Origin: Aulosira sp. ZfuVER01
GTDB lineage: Bacteria; Cyanobacteriota; Cyanobacteriia; Cyanobacteriales; Nostocaceae
NCBI GenBank assembly: GCA_034530615.2
Contig: JAVRCV020000036.1
Location: 1-64,000, forward strand
Direction: 5' to 3'
DNA: 64,000 nucleotides
Under the pieces are notes generated by a model that saw only the letters and a program-made list of their open reading frames with translations, did no database searches and was not told the origin of the DNA. Positions 29,690 through 41,608 of this stretch are shown here, piece after piece; the stretch's first letter is position 1, and the number at the start of each line of letters is the position of its first letter. The position numbers and the translations under genes were made by a program.

Positions 29690-31333
29690 TTATGTACATA
29701 TACCTCGCTGCTGTGAACTCAGAAATAAAGTTGGGGCGGCAACCTGAGCTAGGTCTGATTCTCGAATCCATCCTATATCACCAGGTGCAAGGTCTGTTGT
29801 TGGTACTTGCGTTATGATTTTTCCATTCGCAAATAAGCGCCGATCGCTCACTGAAGCTAGATGTTTATTCAAATTATTTTGAGGTAAAGTAGGTTTAATA
29901 TCAACAACAGCAAATAATAAGAAATTTTTCTGAGTATCATTATTATTTTTTTGATTTTCGGCCAAGCGATCGCTAAATGTTTTAGCTCTAAAGTTAGTTG
30001 AGCAGACTTTTAATTTTAGCCAGGAATTATTTGATCCCGTAGTATCCGTAGTATATACTGAATTATCTCCGGAAACTTGGAGAATACTGCCACTCCTGAC
30101 AGTTCCCGATGCAATCCGTTCAGCAGGTGCTTGAACTTGTAAAATTCTGCCAACTGCGGCAGAACTTCTAGAGAAAGTATTATTAGGTTGAGAGTAAAGA
30201 AAAATGTCACCAGTTATGGTGATGAAATTCCCTACAGCAAAGGATGGATGTGAGTGCCAATAACCATAGTTAAAAATTGCTACTAATCCTAAAAGACTTA
30301 CTGTAACCAATATGAACTTGGGCTTCTGTCTGAGTGCAGAAGTTGAGAGAGATATAGGTGTAGAATTTACTGGTTGTGTTGGCGGAAAAGGGGAATTTGT
30401 GGCTATCGGACGAGAGTGAAGCGTTTGAGATACTGGTAGCTGCAAAGCGTTAAGCATATCTCTAGCACTTGGATAGCGTTCGCGCGGATGATAGCGAATA
30501 GCTTTATCTAGCATTTTTGCAAAGTCTTGGCTCACATTTGAAGCATACCGATGCCAAAAAATTTCACCCGTACTATGGTCTATATCTAACTCTTGCGGTT
30601 GTCTTTGAGTTAGTGCATAAATTGCCGTCAGCCCCAAACTATACAAATCGCTGGAATACAAAGGGCGGCCAGCCGCTTGTTCGCTAGGCATAAAACCAGG
30701 TGTCCCAATGACTATTGAACTAGTAGGGCTACCCTGAGAATTTACGACTGTGCCCATGACTTCTTTGACTGCTCCAAAATCAATTAGCACAGGTTTACCA
30801 TCTCTTAAGCGGAGAATTATATTGTCTGGCTTGATATCTCGATGAATAATATGTTGCAAATGGACATAATCTAGCAGTGATAGCAAACTTGCCAATATGT
30901 CTTTCACAGCACTTTCGCTTAACGCTCCCTGCTGTTGCACCTTTTGGGCTAGAGTTTCACCATCTATCCACTGCTGAATGAGGTAGAAGTTCCCAGCAAA
31001 AGTAAAGTAGGCGTACAAACGAGGAATTTGGTCTTTCTCCTCTCCCAGTTGTTCTAAAATAGCGGCTTCCCGTTGAAATCGCTCTTGTACTAATTGATAA
31101 ATCTGGGAATTACTGGCAATTGGCTTGAGCTGCTTAATCACACACCTACGATTTGAGGGCATTTCAGTATCTTCTGCCAAATATGTGCGACCAAATCCCC
31201 CTCCTCCCAATAGCCTAAGCACACGATAGCGATCTCGTAATAATGGCACTAGTCCTGTACCACAAGTAAGACAAAAATTTGTCCCGTCAGGATTTGCAGG
31301 ATTCGAGCAATTAGGATTAAGGCAGTAGATCAT
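29690..31333 (-). CDS. Ser/Thr kinase with Cys4 prefix, TM and extracellular domain
   Basis: CLNPNC..CLTC, GGGGFG, HRDIKPDN, DFG, GTPGF and a TM helix. Confidence 0.92.
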   Translation of the reverse strand: MIYCLNPNCSNPANPDGTNFCLTCGTGLVPLLRDRYRVLRLLGGGGFGRTYLAEDTEMPSNRRCVIKQLKPIASNSQIYQLVQERFQREAAILEQLGEEKDQIPRLYAYFTFAGNFYLIQQWIDGETLAQKVQQQGALSESAVKDILASLLSLLDYVHLQHIIHRDIKPDNIILRLRDGKPVLIDFGAVKEVMGTVVNSQGSPTSSIVIGTPGFMPSEQAAGRPLYSSDLYSLGLTAIYALTQRQPQELDIDHSTGEIFWHRYASNVSQDFAKMLDKAIRYHPRERYPSARDMLNALQLPVSQTLHSRPIATNSPFPPTQPVNSTPISLSTSALRQKPKFILVTVSLLGLVAIFNYGYWHSHPSFAVGNFITITGDIFLYSQPNNTFSRSSAAVGRILQVQAPAERIASGTVRSGSILQVSGDNSVYTTDTTGSNNSWLKLKVCSTNFRAKTFSDRLAENQKNNNDTQKNFLLFAVVDIKPTLPQNNLNKHLASVSDRRLFANGKIITQVPTTDLAPGDIGWIRESDLAQVAAPTLFLSSQQRGICT

Positions 31334-31684
31334 AAAATTGGCTATGTTTCAGCGGTGGAAACACAGCAAAATTTTCTCTGTCAAACTAGCCTTGAGAGAC
31401 TATTGTTGAACTGGGATAATGCTTGTGTTTCTATTGTGTGTAAGCCTACACCTACTAACTTACATTCAATTGCCGTAACTGATGTGGAGTTGCGACGCAA
31501 ATTCATATAAGTACGTAGCGCGATTGCTAGGCAGTAGCCGCAGTGATTGTATCCTGAGTAAGAAATTCTTTCTATTTGGGGGGATCAAACTTGTTTTGCG
31601 ATCGCAGAATGAGGAATAGGAAGTTGGTAACTATTGCTGATTGCCAGTTCCCATTCCCTTCTTCCCCCATTTTAAAACTTAAAT

Positions 31685-32698
31685 TTACACATCATTCCTA
31701 CCCCATAAACCTAAAGCTGTGACGATACCTAATGCTGCAACTGCTAATGCACCCCATTTCAATGGAGGATTTTTATCCAAATTATCTAAGAAACTTGGAA
31801 TGGACAAGTTCCTAAAGTCGCCTTCAACTCTGTCATAACCTGCAATTGGCTCAAAAACATTGTTTGGCGCATCTTCTGATTTTGGCTCATTGGTGCGCTG
31901 CCCTTTAAAAGCGATCGCCAATAACAAAGAATCAGCTAAGGGTGGTGAAATGCGTTGCACGAAATCTAATATCTTGCCCGCATCCCCAACCACAAAATCA
32001 CGGGTGGGATGTTCGGCTGCATAGAGAATGGCATCGGCAACCAAACTAGGTTGGTAATATGGGGGAACTCCCGTCGGCTTTACCCCCAATTTAGAGCCAA
32101 CTTTATTGTAGAAAGGTGTGTTGATGGTCGCAGGCAGAATTGAAGTAACGCTAATCGGCCATTTTTCGTGTTGTAACTCAACGCGCAAAGCATCGAGAAA
32201 TCCTTCCAAACCATGCTTGGCAGCAGAGTATGGGCTTTGTAAAGGCAGACTGCGCCTACCTTCCATTGAAGAAATATGAATTAAAGCCCCCCGCCCCTCT
32301 TGCTTGAGATAAGGTAGTGCTGCCATTGCCCCATATACCTGTCCCATCAAAGTCACATCAACAACTCTGGCAAACTCCTCTGGTGTAATTTTCTCAAAAG
32401 GACTAATAATACCTGTAGCCGCAGCGTGAACCCAAGTATCGATTCTGCCGTATTCTGCTACAGTTTTATCTGCGATCGCTTTGACTTGTTGAAAGTCACT
32501 CACATCTGCAATTACATACTTTGCGTCACCGCCCAAGCTTTGGATCTCATCTACTAAAGACTTCAGCCCTGGTTCGCTACGGGCGGAAACTAAAACCTTT
32601 GCACCACGTTCGGCAAACTTCACGGCTGTGTCACGCCCAATCCCACTGGAAGCCCCAACGATAGCTACCACTTGCTGATTAATTGGTTTTAATTGCAT
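31685..32698 (-). CDS. SDR-family oxidoreductase
   Basis: GASSGIG and YSAAK motifs. Confidence 0.92.
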   Translation of the reverse strand: MQLKPINQQVVAIVGASSGIGRDTAVKFAERGAKVLVSARSEPGLKSLVDEIQSLGGDAKYVIADVSDFQQVKAIADKTVAEYGRIDTWVHAAATGIISPFEKITPEEFARVVDVTLMGQVYGAMAALPYLKQEGRGALIHISSMEGRRSLPLQSPYSAAKHGLEGFLDALRVELQHEKWPISVTSILPATINTPFYNKVGSKLGVKPTGVPPYYQPSLVADAILYAAEHPTRDFVVGDAGKILDFVQRISPPLADSLLLAIAFKGQRTNEPKSEDAPNNVFEPIAGYDRVEGDFRNLSIPSFLDNLDKNPPLKWGALAVAALGIVTALGLWGRNDV

Positions 32699-32782
32699 GG
32701 TTAATCATTCTTAATGCTTTCCTTCAATCAATAGGTTTGATTTATGCTTGCTGCATCCCTCGCGAGGCTTACGCCAGAGGGG

Positions 32783-32918
32783 AGTGTGGGGAGGGTGGGG
32801 AGTGTGGGAAGTGTGGGAAGTGTGGGGAGTGTGGGAAGTGTGGGGAGTGTGGGGAGTGTGGGAAGTGTGGGAAGTGTGGGAAGTGTGGGGAGTGTGGGGA
32901 GTGTGGGGAGTGTGGGGA
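32783..32918. repeat. Tandem 9-mer array AGTGTGGG(G/A), about 15 copies
   Basis: Read directly from the sequence. Confidence 0.95.
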
Positions 32919-32938
32919 GAAACTGCGTTGTAAACTTA

Positions 32939-33227
32939 TCAGGCTTTTAGCTCCGTTAATGAGTCTTTGAACTCCGTTAATGAAGCTTTTAGCTCCGTGA
33001 ACGAGGCTTTGAACTCCGTAAACGAGGCTTTAAGCTTCGTTAATGAGTCTTTGAACCCCGTTAATGAAGCTTTTAGCTCCGTTAATGAAGCTTTGAACTC
33101 CGTTAATGAAGCTTTGAACTCCGTGAATGAGGCTTTAAGCTCCGTGAACGAGGCTTTGAACTCCGTTAATGAGGCTTTTAACTCCGTTAATGAGGCTTTA
33201 AGCTCCGTGAACGAGGCTTTAGCCTGA
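32939..33227. repeat. 21-bp tandem array (13 full copies plus a partial), consensus AGGCTTTGAACTCCGTTAATG
   Basis: Contiguous units with no spacers; ORFs on both strands encode heptads (SVNEALN / TELKASL). Confidence 0.95.
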
Positions 33228-33255
33228 AAGCTCGAGTTTGACAAATGACAAATGA

Positions 33256-33963
33256 CTAACTTCGCCACAAAGCAATTCCACCCAATAAACCGGTGATATT
33301 AGGGATGAGTTTGACATTTAAGGGTAGCTGGAGATTTACCTTGACAGCTTCACCGCCACCAATATAAAGGCATTCATAATTGAATAAATGTTGCAAAGAT
33401 GCGATCGCTTTTTCTAAACGCCTATTCCATTTTTTCTCACCAATTTTTTCTAAAGCTGCTCGTCCTAGCTGTTCTTCGTAAGTCTCTTCTTTGCGAAACT
33501 GATGATGACCCATTTCCATATTCGGCACTAGCTTACCATCGATAAATAAGGCGGAACCAAATCCTGTACCCAAGGTAATCACTAATTCCAAACCTTTACC
33601 TGATATAGCTCCAAGCCCCTGCATATCTGCATCATTAATTACTCGTACAGGCTTGTTTAACTGCTTTGATAAGGCTGTTTGCAAATCAAACCCAATCCAA
33701 TCTCGGTCTAAATTTACCGCCGTTTCCGTCACTCCATAGCGCACTACGCCAGGAAAACCTACCGAAACACGATGAAATTCACCTTGAGAAGCAGCTAAGA
33801 CTACAATCGCATTGATCACTGTCTCTGGTTTAGCTGGTTGGGGTGTCTCTAAACGCGCCCTTTCTGTTAAGGGATGTCCCGTAATATCCAATACCATAGT
33901 TTTGACACCGCTACCACCAATATCGACTGATAGAGTGCGAATTGAGCCATTATCTTCAACCAT
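33256..33963 (-). CDS. ppgK: ROK-family polyphosphate glucokinase
   Basis: VDIGGSGVK, GFPG, NDAD, TLGTGFGSA, EMGH and YIGGG. Confidence 0.8.
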   Translation of the reverse strand: MVEDNGSIRTLSVDIGGSGVKTMVLDITGHPLTERARLETPQPAKPETVINAIVVLAASQGEFHRVSVGFPGVVRYGVTETAVNLDRDWIGFDLQTALSKQLNKPVRVINDADMQGLGAISGKGLELVITLGTGFGSALFIDGKLVPNMEMGHHQFRKEETYEEQLGRAALEKIGEKKWNRRLEKAIASLQHLFNYECLYIGGGEAVKVNLQLPLNVKLIPNITGLLGGIALWRS

Positions 33964-34100
33964 TGCTTTTTCTCCTCGCCATTTGTGCTAATGGTTATTA
34001 TGCTCTGCCACATCTGCTTCGGGTGCAGATGTTTTGAGTGTCTTCACAAGTTCAACAATTCTTAGCGAGGAGTGGGGACAAGGGAGATATAGGAGTGTGG

Positions 34101-34204
34101 GGAGTGTGGGGAGTGTGGGGAGAAACGAACCACACTTTCTTTATTAGCTCCCCCGTCTTCCCCATCCTCCCACACTTCCCACACTCCTTGTTTGCCCCAT
34201 GCCC
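34101..34204. repeat. ~100-bp composite dispersed repeat, copy 2
   Basis: Near-identical to 19722-19826. Confidence 0.75.
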
Positions 34205-34269
34205 CAAGTATGAGTGATACTCACAAACTGAAAGTCAGTAGCTATACTAACAAAACGTCTATTCGCTAG

Positions 34270-36324
<2,055 letters not shown>

Positions 36325-36842
36325 CCTGAAATATCAATTTAGGAGTTTGCAAAGACAAGGAAGACACAGGGGAATTATTACAGAGGTTTCTCCCTCATCT
36401 TCCTTGCTTCGTCATACTTAGGAAATGATTGGCATTAAAATTTCGTCGCGTCTTGGCAGTTTTTTTTCTTTATGAAACAAACCTTTTATAAAAATATCAA
36501 CACCGTATTAACCTTGGTAAACCCCCGACACTCAACCTTGGGCAAGTGATAGTATTTGATTATAGTTAGCTTCCCTCCTGCCTCAACCCTGAACCAGGAT
36601 GCTGTTGTGGTTTATCTTAGCGATCGCCTCCTGGATGATGTCTTCAAGAAAATTAAATATTTTTTGTCCTGTATAGTTTTATGCTGTTCTGCAATACAGA
36701 GGCAGTTTTTACAGAAGGCTGGAGGTGTTTAACTTAGGTTCCCGTTTTCAGCCTGTATACCTGATTATTTGGTTATTCAGTAGTCAGTCATAAGTTTTTT
36801 GGGTGTATTTATTCACTTAAGTATAAATATTCATTACAAAAA

Positions 36843-37991
36843 GTGAGTCAAGCTATGGCAATAGGCTTTTCTCTCCAGCAAGCCGAACATGATTTGGACG
36901 ATTTTAGTGCATTAAATATCCAAAATTTTTGTCAGCTACAATCTGAACAGTTAACTAGTCAGTATCCAATTTTATTTGCTCGTATTGTCTATCATGATTC
37001 TCTGTTGAAAGCTCATCAAGAAGTAATTAGTTATGCTCAATCACAAACTCCTTTCTCTCAGAAAGAGTTAACTTATCTGCGTTCAGAACAGTGGCTTACC
37101 AACTATCCCTCTGTATTTGACTTACAGGAATTTAAGCTTAATAATTTTCCCGGCTTTTCTTACATCTGTCCTCTAGGATATCGAAATCAAAAACCGGAAT
37201 ATATTCAAATAATTGCTGAACAAGCACTTTCTTCTAGTTTGCAACAATATGTACAGCAATCTGCAATGATACTTAGCAAGTATGCGAGTATATATCTAAT
37301 ATACAGCAGACAAAAAAATGAAATTCAATTGCTAGAAGAAGTTTTACATAAAGTAGGACATCAATTGCGGAATTCCTTAGCAATGATCGGACTTTACGCC
37401 CATAATTTATACTTGGGATTAACAGGTAATCAGTGGCAAGAGCAAGCAATAATTATCCGCGAAAGTATCCAAAGTTTAGATAACAATTTGAATGAGCTAC
37501 TTGATTGTAGTCAAGGAGCGAAATTAAGAACATCTTATCAAGACCTGAGGAGTTTAGTACTGGAAAGTATCAAAGGACTACAACCTTTGATTAATCAAAA
37601 GCAACTTAAAATCTCTATACCCGATACATCTACAAATCTAGTAATAGACCGCTTGCAAATGAAGCAAGTCTTCGATAATTTGCTGAGTAATGCAGTTTAT
37701 TTTAGTCCTAACTCCGCAACTATTACTTGTAATTGGCAGATTTTCCAAGATGAAGTGCTAATTAAAATTGTTGACCGAGGAACAGGATTATCTCCAGAAG
37801 ATATCCAAAAAATATTTACTCCTTTTTATTCCCGTCGTCCAGGAGGTACGGGACTGGGTTTAACTATTGCCAAAAAAATTGTTTTAGACCATCGCGGAAA
37901 CTTATGGGCACAAAGTGTATCAGATGGTGGAGCGCAATTTTGTGTAATATTGCCTCGCCCGAAAATGTCTAGGAGTGTCAAAGATGGTTAG
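36843..37991 (+). CDS. Cytoplasmic sensor histidine kinase
   Basis: H-box HQLRNSL, N-box NLLSNA, D.GTG, F.PF and GTGLGL; no TM helix. Confidence 0.9.
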   Translation: MSQAMAIGFSLQQAEHDLDDFSALNIQNFCQLQSEQLTSQYPILFARIVYHDSLLKAHQEVISYAQSQTPFSQKELTYLRSEQWLTNYPSVFDLQEFKLNNFPGFSYICPLGYRNQKPEYIQIIAEQALSSSLQQYVQQSAMILSKYASIYLIYSRQKNEIQLLEEVLHKVGHQLRNSLAMIGLYAHNLYLGLTGNQWQEQAIIIRESIQSLDNNLNELLDCSQGAKLRTSYQDLRSLVLESIKGLQPLINQKQLKISIPDTSTNLVIDRLQMKQVFDNLLSNAVYFSPNSATITCNWQIFQDEVLIKIVDRGTGLSPEDIQKIFTPFYSRRPGGTGLGLTIAKKIVLDHRGNLWAQSVSDGGAQFCVILPRPKMSRSVKDG

Positions 37992-38661
37992 TAGTCAAAA
38001 ACTTTCGGTTTTGCTTGTCGATGATGAAGAACGTTTTCGCCAAGGAATACGTACCCTGCTGAATTTTTATAATATTAACGCTGCATTACCTATAGAAGTT
38101 GTAGGTGAAGCAGACTCTGTAGAACAAGTTTTAAAACTTACACAACAGAAGTCTCCCGATTTAATCTTACTGGATTTACAATTAAGCGGTAGTGATGGCA
38201 TTACTGTTTTAGTTCGTCTGAAGGAAACAGCTTATACTGGCAAAGTTTTGGTGTTATCAGCGCATCAAGAAGATGATTGGATTTTCCGCGCTATGCAAGC
38301 AGGCGCAGCAGGTTATGTATTTAAAAATCGCTTGGCGACTCAATTGGGTGAAGCGATTAAGACTGTCATGCAATCAGAAATTTATCTACCTTCAGAAGTT
38401 GCTAGCCGATTCTTTCGATTCTTTCAAGCCTACTCCGATTCTTCATTAAAAGCTTGCCATCAGTTACACTTAACAGAAAGAGAACAAGAAGTTTTACACT
38501 GGTTAGCTCAAGGTGCTTCCAATGAAGAAATTGCCAAGCATTTATATGTAACAGTTGCGACTGTAAAAGCTCATCTCACTAGCATTTTTGAAAAGTTGAA
38601 AGTTACTAGCCGGACTCAAGCTATTGTAGCTGCCCTCAAGTTAGGACTTGTAAAGGCTTAA
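37984..38661 (+). CDS. NarL/LuxR-family response regulator
   Basis: VDD, LLD and K receiver residues; LTEREQEVL..NEEIA..TVKAH HTH. Overlaps the end of the HK. Confidence 0.93.
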   Translation: MVSSQKLSVLLVDDEERFRQGIRTLLNFYNINAALPIEVVGEADSVEQVLKLTQQKSPDLILLDLQLSGSDGITVLVRLKETAYTGKVLVLSAHQEDDWIFRAMQAGAAGYVFKNRLATQLGEAIKTVMQSEIYLPSEVASRFFRFFQAYSDSSLKACHQLHLTEREQEVLHWLAQGASNEEIAKHLYVTVATVKAHLTSIFEKLKVTSRTQAIVAALKLGLVKA

Positions 38662-38771
38662 GGGTCAAGAGTCAAAAGTCATATCCAATTTGTTGTGAGG
38701 CAATATAATTTTTACCTCAAATAGTTTTATTAATTTTGAATTTTGAATTTTGAATTTTGAATTCTCCTTAT

Positions 38772-40901
38772 ATGCCTTCATCTGAATATTTTTATCAAGA
38801 ATACCCTTGCTCTTACAACGCTCCTTTAAATTGCGATCGCCCTTTTCAAACGGCTCAAGAAATCAAAGGAGCTAAGTTCTGTTTGGAATGTGGTTTTCCC
38901 GCAACTTTACCACAGGAGGCGGAAATTAAAGGCAATTGGGGCACATATCAGGTGAATGATTTTTTAGGAGTGCGGGGAAATGGTCGGTTATACGCAGGTA
39001 TTCAGGTTAAGGATCAACAGCCTGTAATCATTAAAGAATACCTGCTACCCAGCCGTTGTTTTAATGAAAAAGAAACTCTTGAGCGTAAAGAAACTTTTAA
39101 GCGGCTGGGAGGCGTAAGTTTAGCGGATAGTAGAACCCCAAATTTTCGGCTTGTCAATACTTGGGAAGCGATCGCAGATGAAAAGGGAGAACGTTGTTAT
39201 TTAATTACTAAAGGAACCGAAACATCCCAAACTTTACGGCAATATCTTAACCAAAATGGGGCAATGACAGCACCGCAAGTGCGTGAAGTACTAAATCAGG
39301 CTCTCCAAACTCTAGAATTTCTGCATAGCCAAAAGCTGCGGTTCCCTTCAAATCAAGTACAGCAAGGACTAGCCCACGGAAACCTTAGTTTAGATAGCAT
39401 CTTAATTCAAGTTGAAAATAATCAAAAATATATATATTTTGACGATTTAGCGATCTGGGAAAATGTATTTATTCCTCCCTCTATTTCCCAACCTGCACCT
39501 TGCAAACGCGAGCATGATTTAGAAGCATTAGGATTAGTGGCTTTTTATTTATGGGTAGGAAGAACTAACGATTATAATCATCAGCCTCTCGACCCCAGAG
39601 AAAATGAACACTGGCCTAATAATGATCATGATTTAAAAAAGTTTATTTCCCGCTTACTGCGGCTAGAAAATCCTTTCTCCAGTGCTGAATCTGCTCGTCA
39701 GGTTTTACTGCAACTACCTCAAGAACATCAAGTAAGTAACTTAATGCAATTACTTGAATCTGAAGAAAAATCACATAATCTACGAACAAAAATAGTTTGG
39801 CTAGTAACTATAGCTTTCCTATTAATAGGAGGCGGAATTTGGTATTATCTTTGGCAGCAGCGTCAACCAGTAGATAATAGTAAATATTTTGCTTGGTTTG
39901 GATTATTACAAACTTTCTCGGAAGTGAACAACGTTCCTTCAGGAAAATTCACCTATACAGGCGAAAAGGATGGAACATGGAGCTTTGTTTTGAAACAACA
40001 GGTTGATAACAATAGTTTAGAAGACTTATTAACCAATCCTAAACCAGAAGTAAAAGCAGAATTTAACTATGAACCAGTTGATTCCATAGATTTAGATAAT
40101 TTTAATCAACCTCTAGAAGAAGTAACAATCGGTAAGAAAGACTTTGCAATTACTAGTTTAGTAAATAAAATAACAGATAAATTAGAGGAAAAAGCAGTTA
40201 TTAATGATGGCTTACTTGTATATGTAGCGTTTAACAAAAAAGATACAAATTTAGCGAATGCTCTAGGAGGAAAAATTACTCTGGAGCAATTGCGCCAAAT
40301 TTATACAGGCAAAATTACCAATTGGCAGCAAATTAATCCTAATCTGCCTAATTTAGATGTTAAACCCTTTGCGCCAACCGAACCGGAAGCAATACAAAAA
40401 TTTCTAGAAATAGTTTTGCAAAACGACCCTCAAGACAAAGCTTTATTTGCAGCGAAAGTTGAGAAATTAGATACAACCAAAACCCAAAACCAAATACGCA
40501 GAGAAATTCTCGAAGGGCGAAATACAGGTATCATTGGTTTTGGGATTGTTGGTAAAACATGGGCCCAGTGTACGGGCTATCCTTTAGCTATAGTTGATGG
40601 TAACAAGCCAGCGAGTCAACCGCTATTCCAACGGCGTTACCGTCGCCCAATTAATACCTCAGATGATTTGTGCCAGCACGATAACTATTTTGTTGATGTG
40701 AATGCTTTTCAAAGTTATCCTTTGAGATACCCTATATTTGTGGTGTACCCTAAAGACAAAAGTCGCCAGCCAGCTGGGTCTACATTTGCTGAGATACTAA
40801 CTACTCGTCAGGGCCAGTGTTTACTTAGTAAAGTAGGTCTGATCCCTTTACAACCTATACCTGATGATATAAATTCCTATGCCTGCAAATCGGTGCCCTA
40901 A
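38772..40901 (+). CDS. Cys4-prefix pseudokinase - TM - PstS-like binding-domain fusion
   Basis: Kinase fold with HGN in place of HRD and DLA in place of DFG, a TM helix, then DGLLVYV, LRQIYTGKITNW and YPL.YP. Confidence 0.8.
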   Translation: MPSSEYFYQEYPCSYNAPLNCDRPFQTAQEIKGAKFCLECGFPATLPQEAEIKGNWGTYQVNDFLGVRGNGRLYAGIQVKDQQPVIIKEYLLPSRCFNEKETLERKETFKRLGGVSLADSRTPNFRLVNTWEAIADEKGERCYLITKGTETSQTLRQYLNQNGAMTAPQVREVLNQALQTLEFLHSQKLRFPSNQVQQGLAHGNLSLDSILIQVENNQKYIYFDDLAIWENVFIPPSISQPAPCKREHDLEALGLVAFYLWVGRTNDYNHQPLDPRENEHWPNNDHDLKKFISRLLRLENPFSSAESARQVLLQLPQEHQVSNLMQLLESEEKSHNLRTKIVWLVTIAFLLIGGGIWYYLWQQRQPVDNSKYFAWFGLLQTFSEVNNVPSGKFTYTGEKDGTWSFVLKQQVDNNSLEDLLTNPKPEVKAEFNYEPVDSIDLDNFNQPLEEVTIGKKDFAITSLVNKITDKLEEKAVINDGLLVYVAFNKKDTNLANALGGKITLEQLRQIYTGKITNWQQINPNLPNLDVKPFAPTEPEAIQKFLEIVLQNDPQDKALFAAKVEKLDTTKTQNQIRREILEGRNTGIIGFGIVGKTWAQCTGYPLAIVDGNKPASQPLFQRRYRRPINTSDDLCQHDNYFVDVNAFQSYPLRYPIFVVYPKDKSRQPAGSTFAEILTTRQGQCLLSKVGLIPLQPIPDDINSYACKSVP

Positions 40902-41532
40902 TCCTAATTGTGAATATTTTAATCGGGCTTTGCCCAACAATGCTAAGGTTTGCCCTTGGTGTTCCACTCCCTTGGGTAATGTAATTACACCTACACCAGC
41001 TAGACCCGTTCCGCCTCAAACAACGCCACCACAACCGACTCCACCACAATCAGCGCCGCCCCAACCTGTTCAACCTCAACGACCACCAGCAGTAAATCCA
41101 CCTAGCTATCCACCCCCCGTTGATTATTCCACAGAGTATCAGCAACGAGTTCCTCCATACGTTCCACCTGTACAACCTGCATATACCCCGCCACCGCCCA
41201 GACTACCACTACTGAAGCTAATTCACACTACAGGTAGAGAATTCCAGTGGTCGGGAGAAGCAGGTTATATTGGCCGCCGCAGTCAAAGTATGACAGTTCC
41301 GCCAGAAATTGACTTAACTGGTATTCCCAACGAGGGAATAATTTCTCGTCGCCATGCACGAATTTATTGGGACTGGTCGCAAAATGCTTACATGATTGTT
41401 GATATGAGTACAAATGGTATTTATTTAAATAACACTCTGTTGAATCCTGGCGTGCAATATCGTTTACTAAATGGCGATTCATTGCAGTTCGGTCAGGATA
41501 ATCTTGTACGGTTTACAGCATATATTATGTAG
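40879..41532 (+). CDS. Zn-ribbon / Pro-rich / FHA domain protein
   Basis: CPNPNC..CPWC, then IGR, ISRRH and STNG FHA motifs. Overlaps the upstream gene by 23 bp. Confidence 0.9.
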   Translation: MPANRCPNPNCEYFNRALPNNAKVCPWCSTPLGNVITPTPARPVPPQTTPPQPTPPQSAPPQPVQPQRPPAVNPPSYPPPVDYSTEYQQRVPPYVPPVQPAYTPPPPRLPLLKLIHTTGREFQWSGEAGYIGRRSQSMTVPPEIDLTGIPNEGIISRRHARIYWDWSQNAYMIVDMSTNGIYLNNTLLNPGVQYRLLNGDSLQFGQDNLVRFTAYIM

Positions 41533-41608
41533 GAGCTATGAGAAGCGATCGCCCAAAACCGACGCTCAGACTTCTCACTTTGTTCTCCTGGGATGAAAAC
41601 TGCCTTTG

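Noticed and set aside
32683..32970. Cys-rich (CGECGK)n ORF as a metallothionein or ferredoxin, plus the GSV and WGV ORFs in other frames
   Set aside because: These are translations of the 9-mer DNA repeat; all three frames give low-complexity ORFs.
32939..33227. CRISPR array (also considered for 53991-54170)
   Set aside because: The units are contiguous with no unique spacers, and there are no cas genes in the window.
36480..36840. Riboswitch or ncRNA in the long leader of the histidine kinase
   Set aside because: There are some short stems but no aptamer consensus I can recognise; an Rfam search would be needed.
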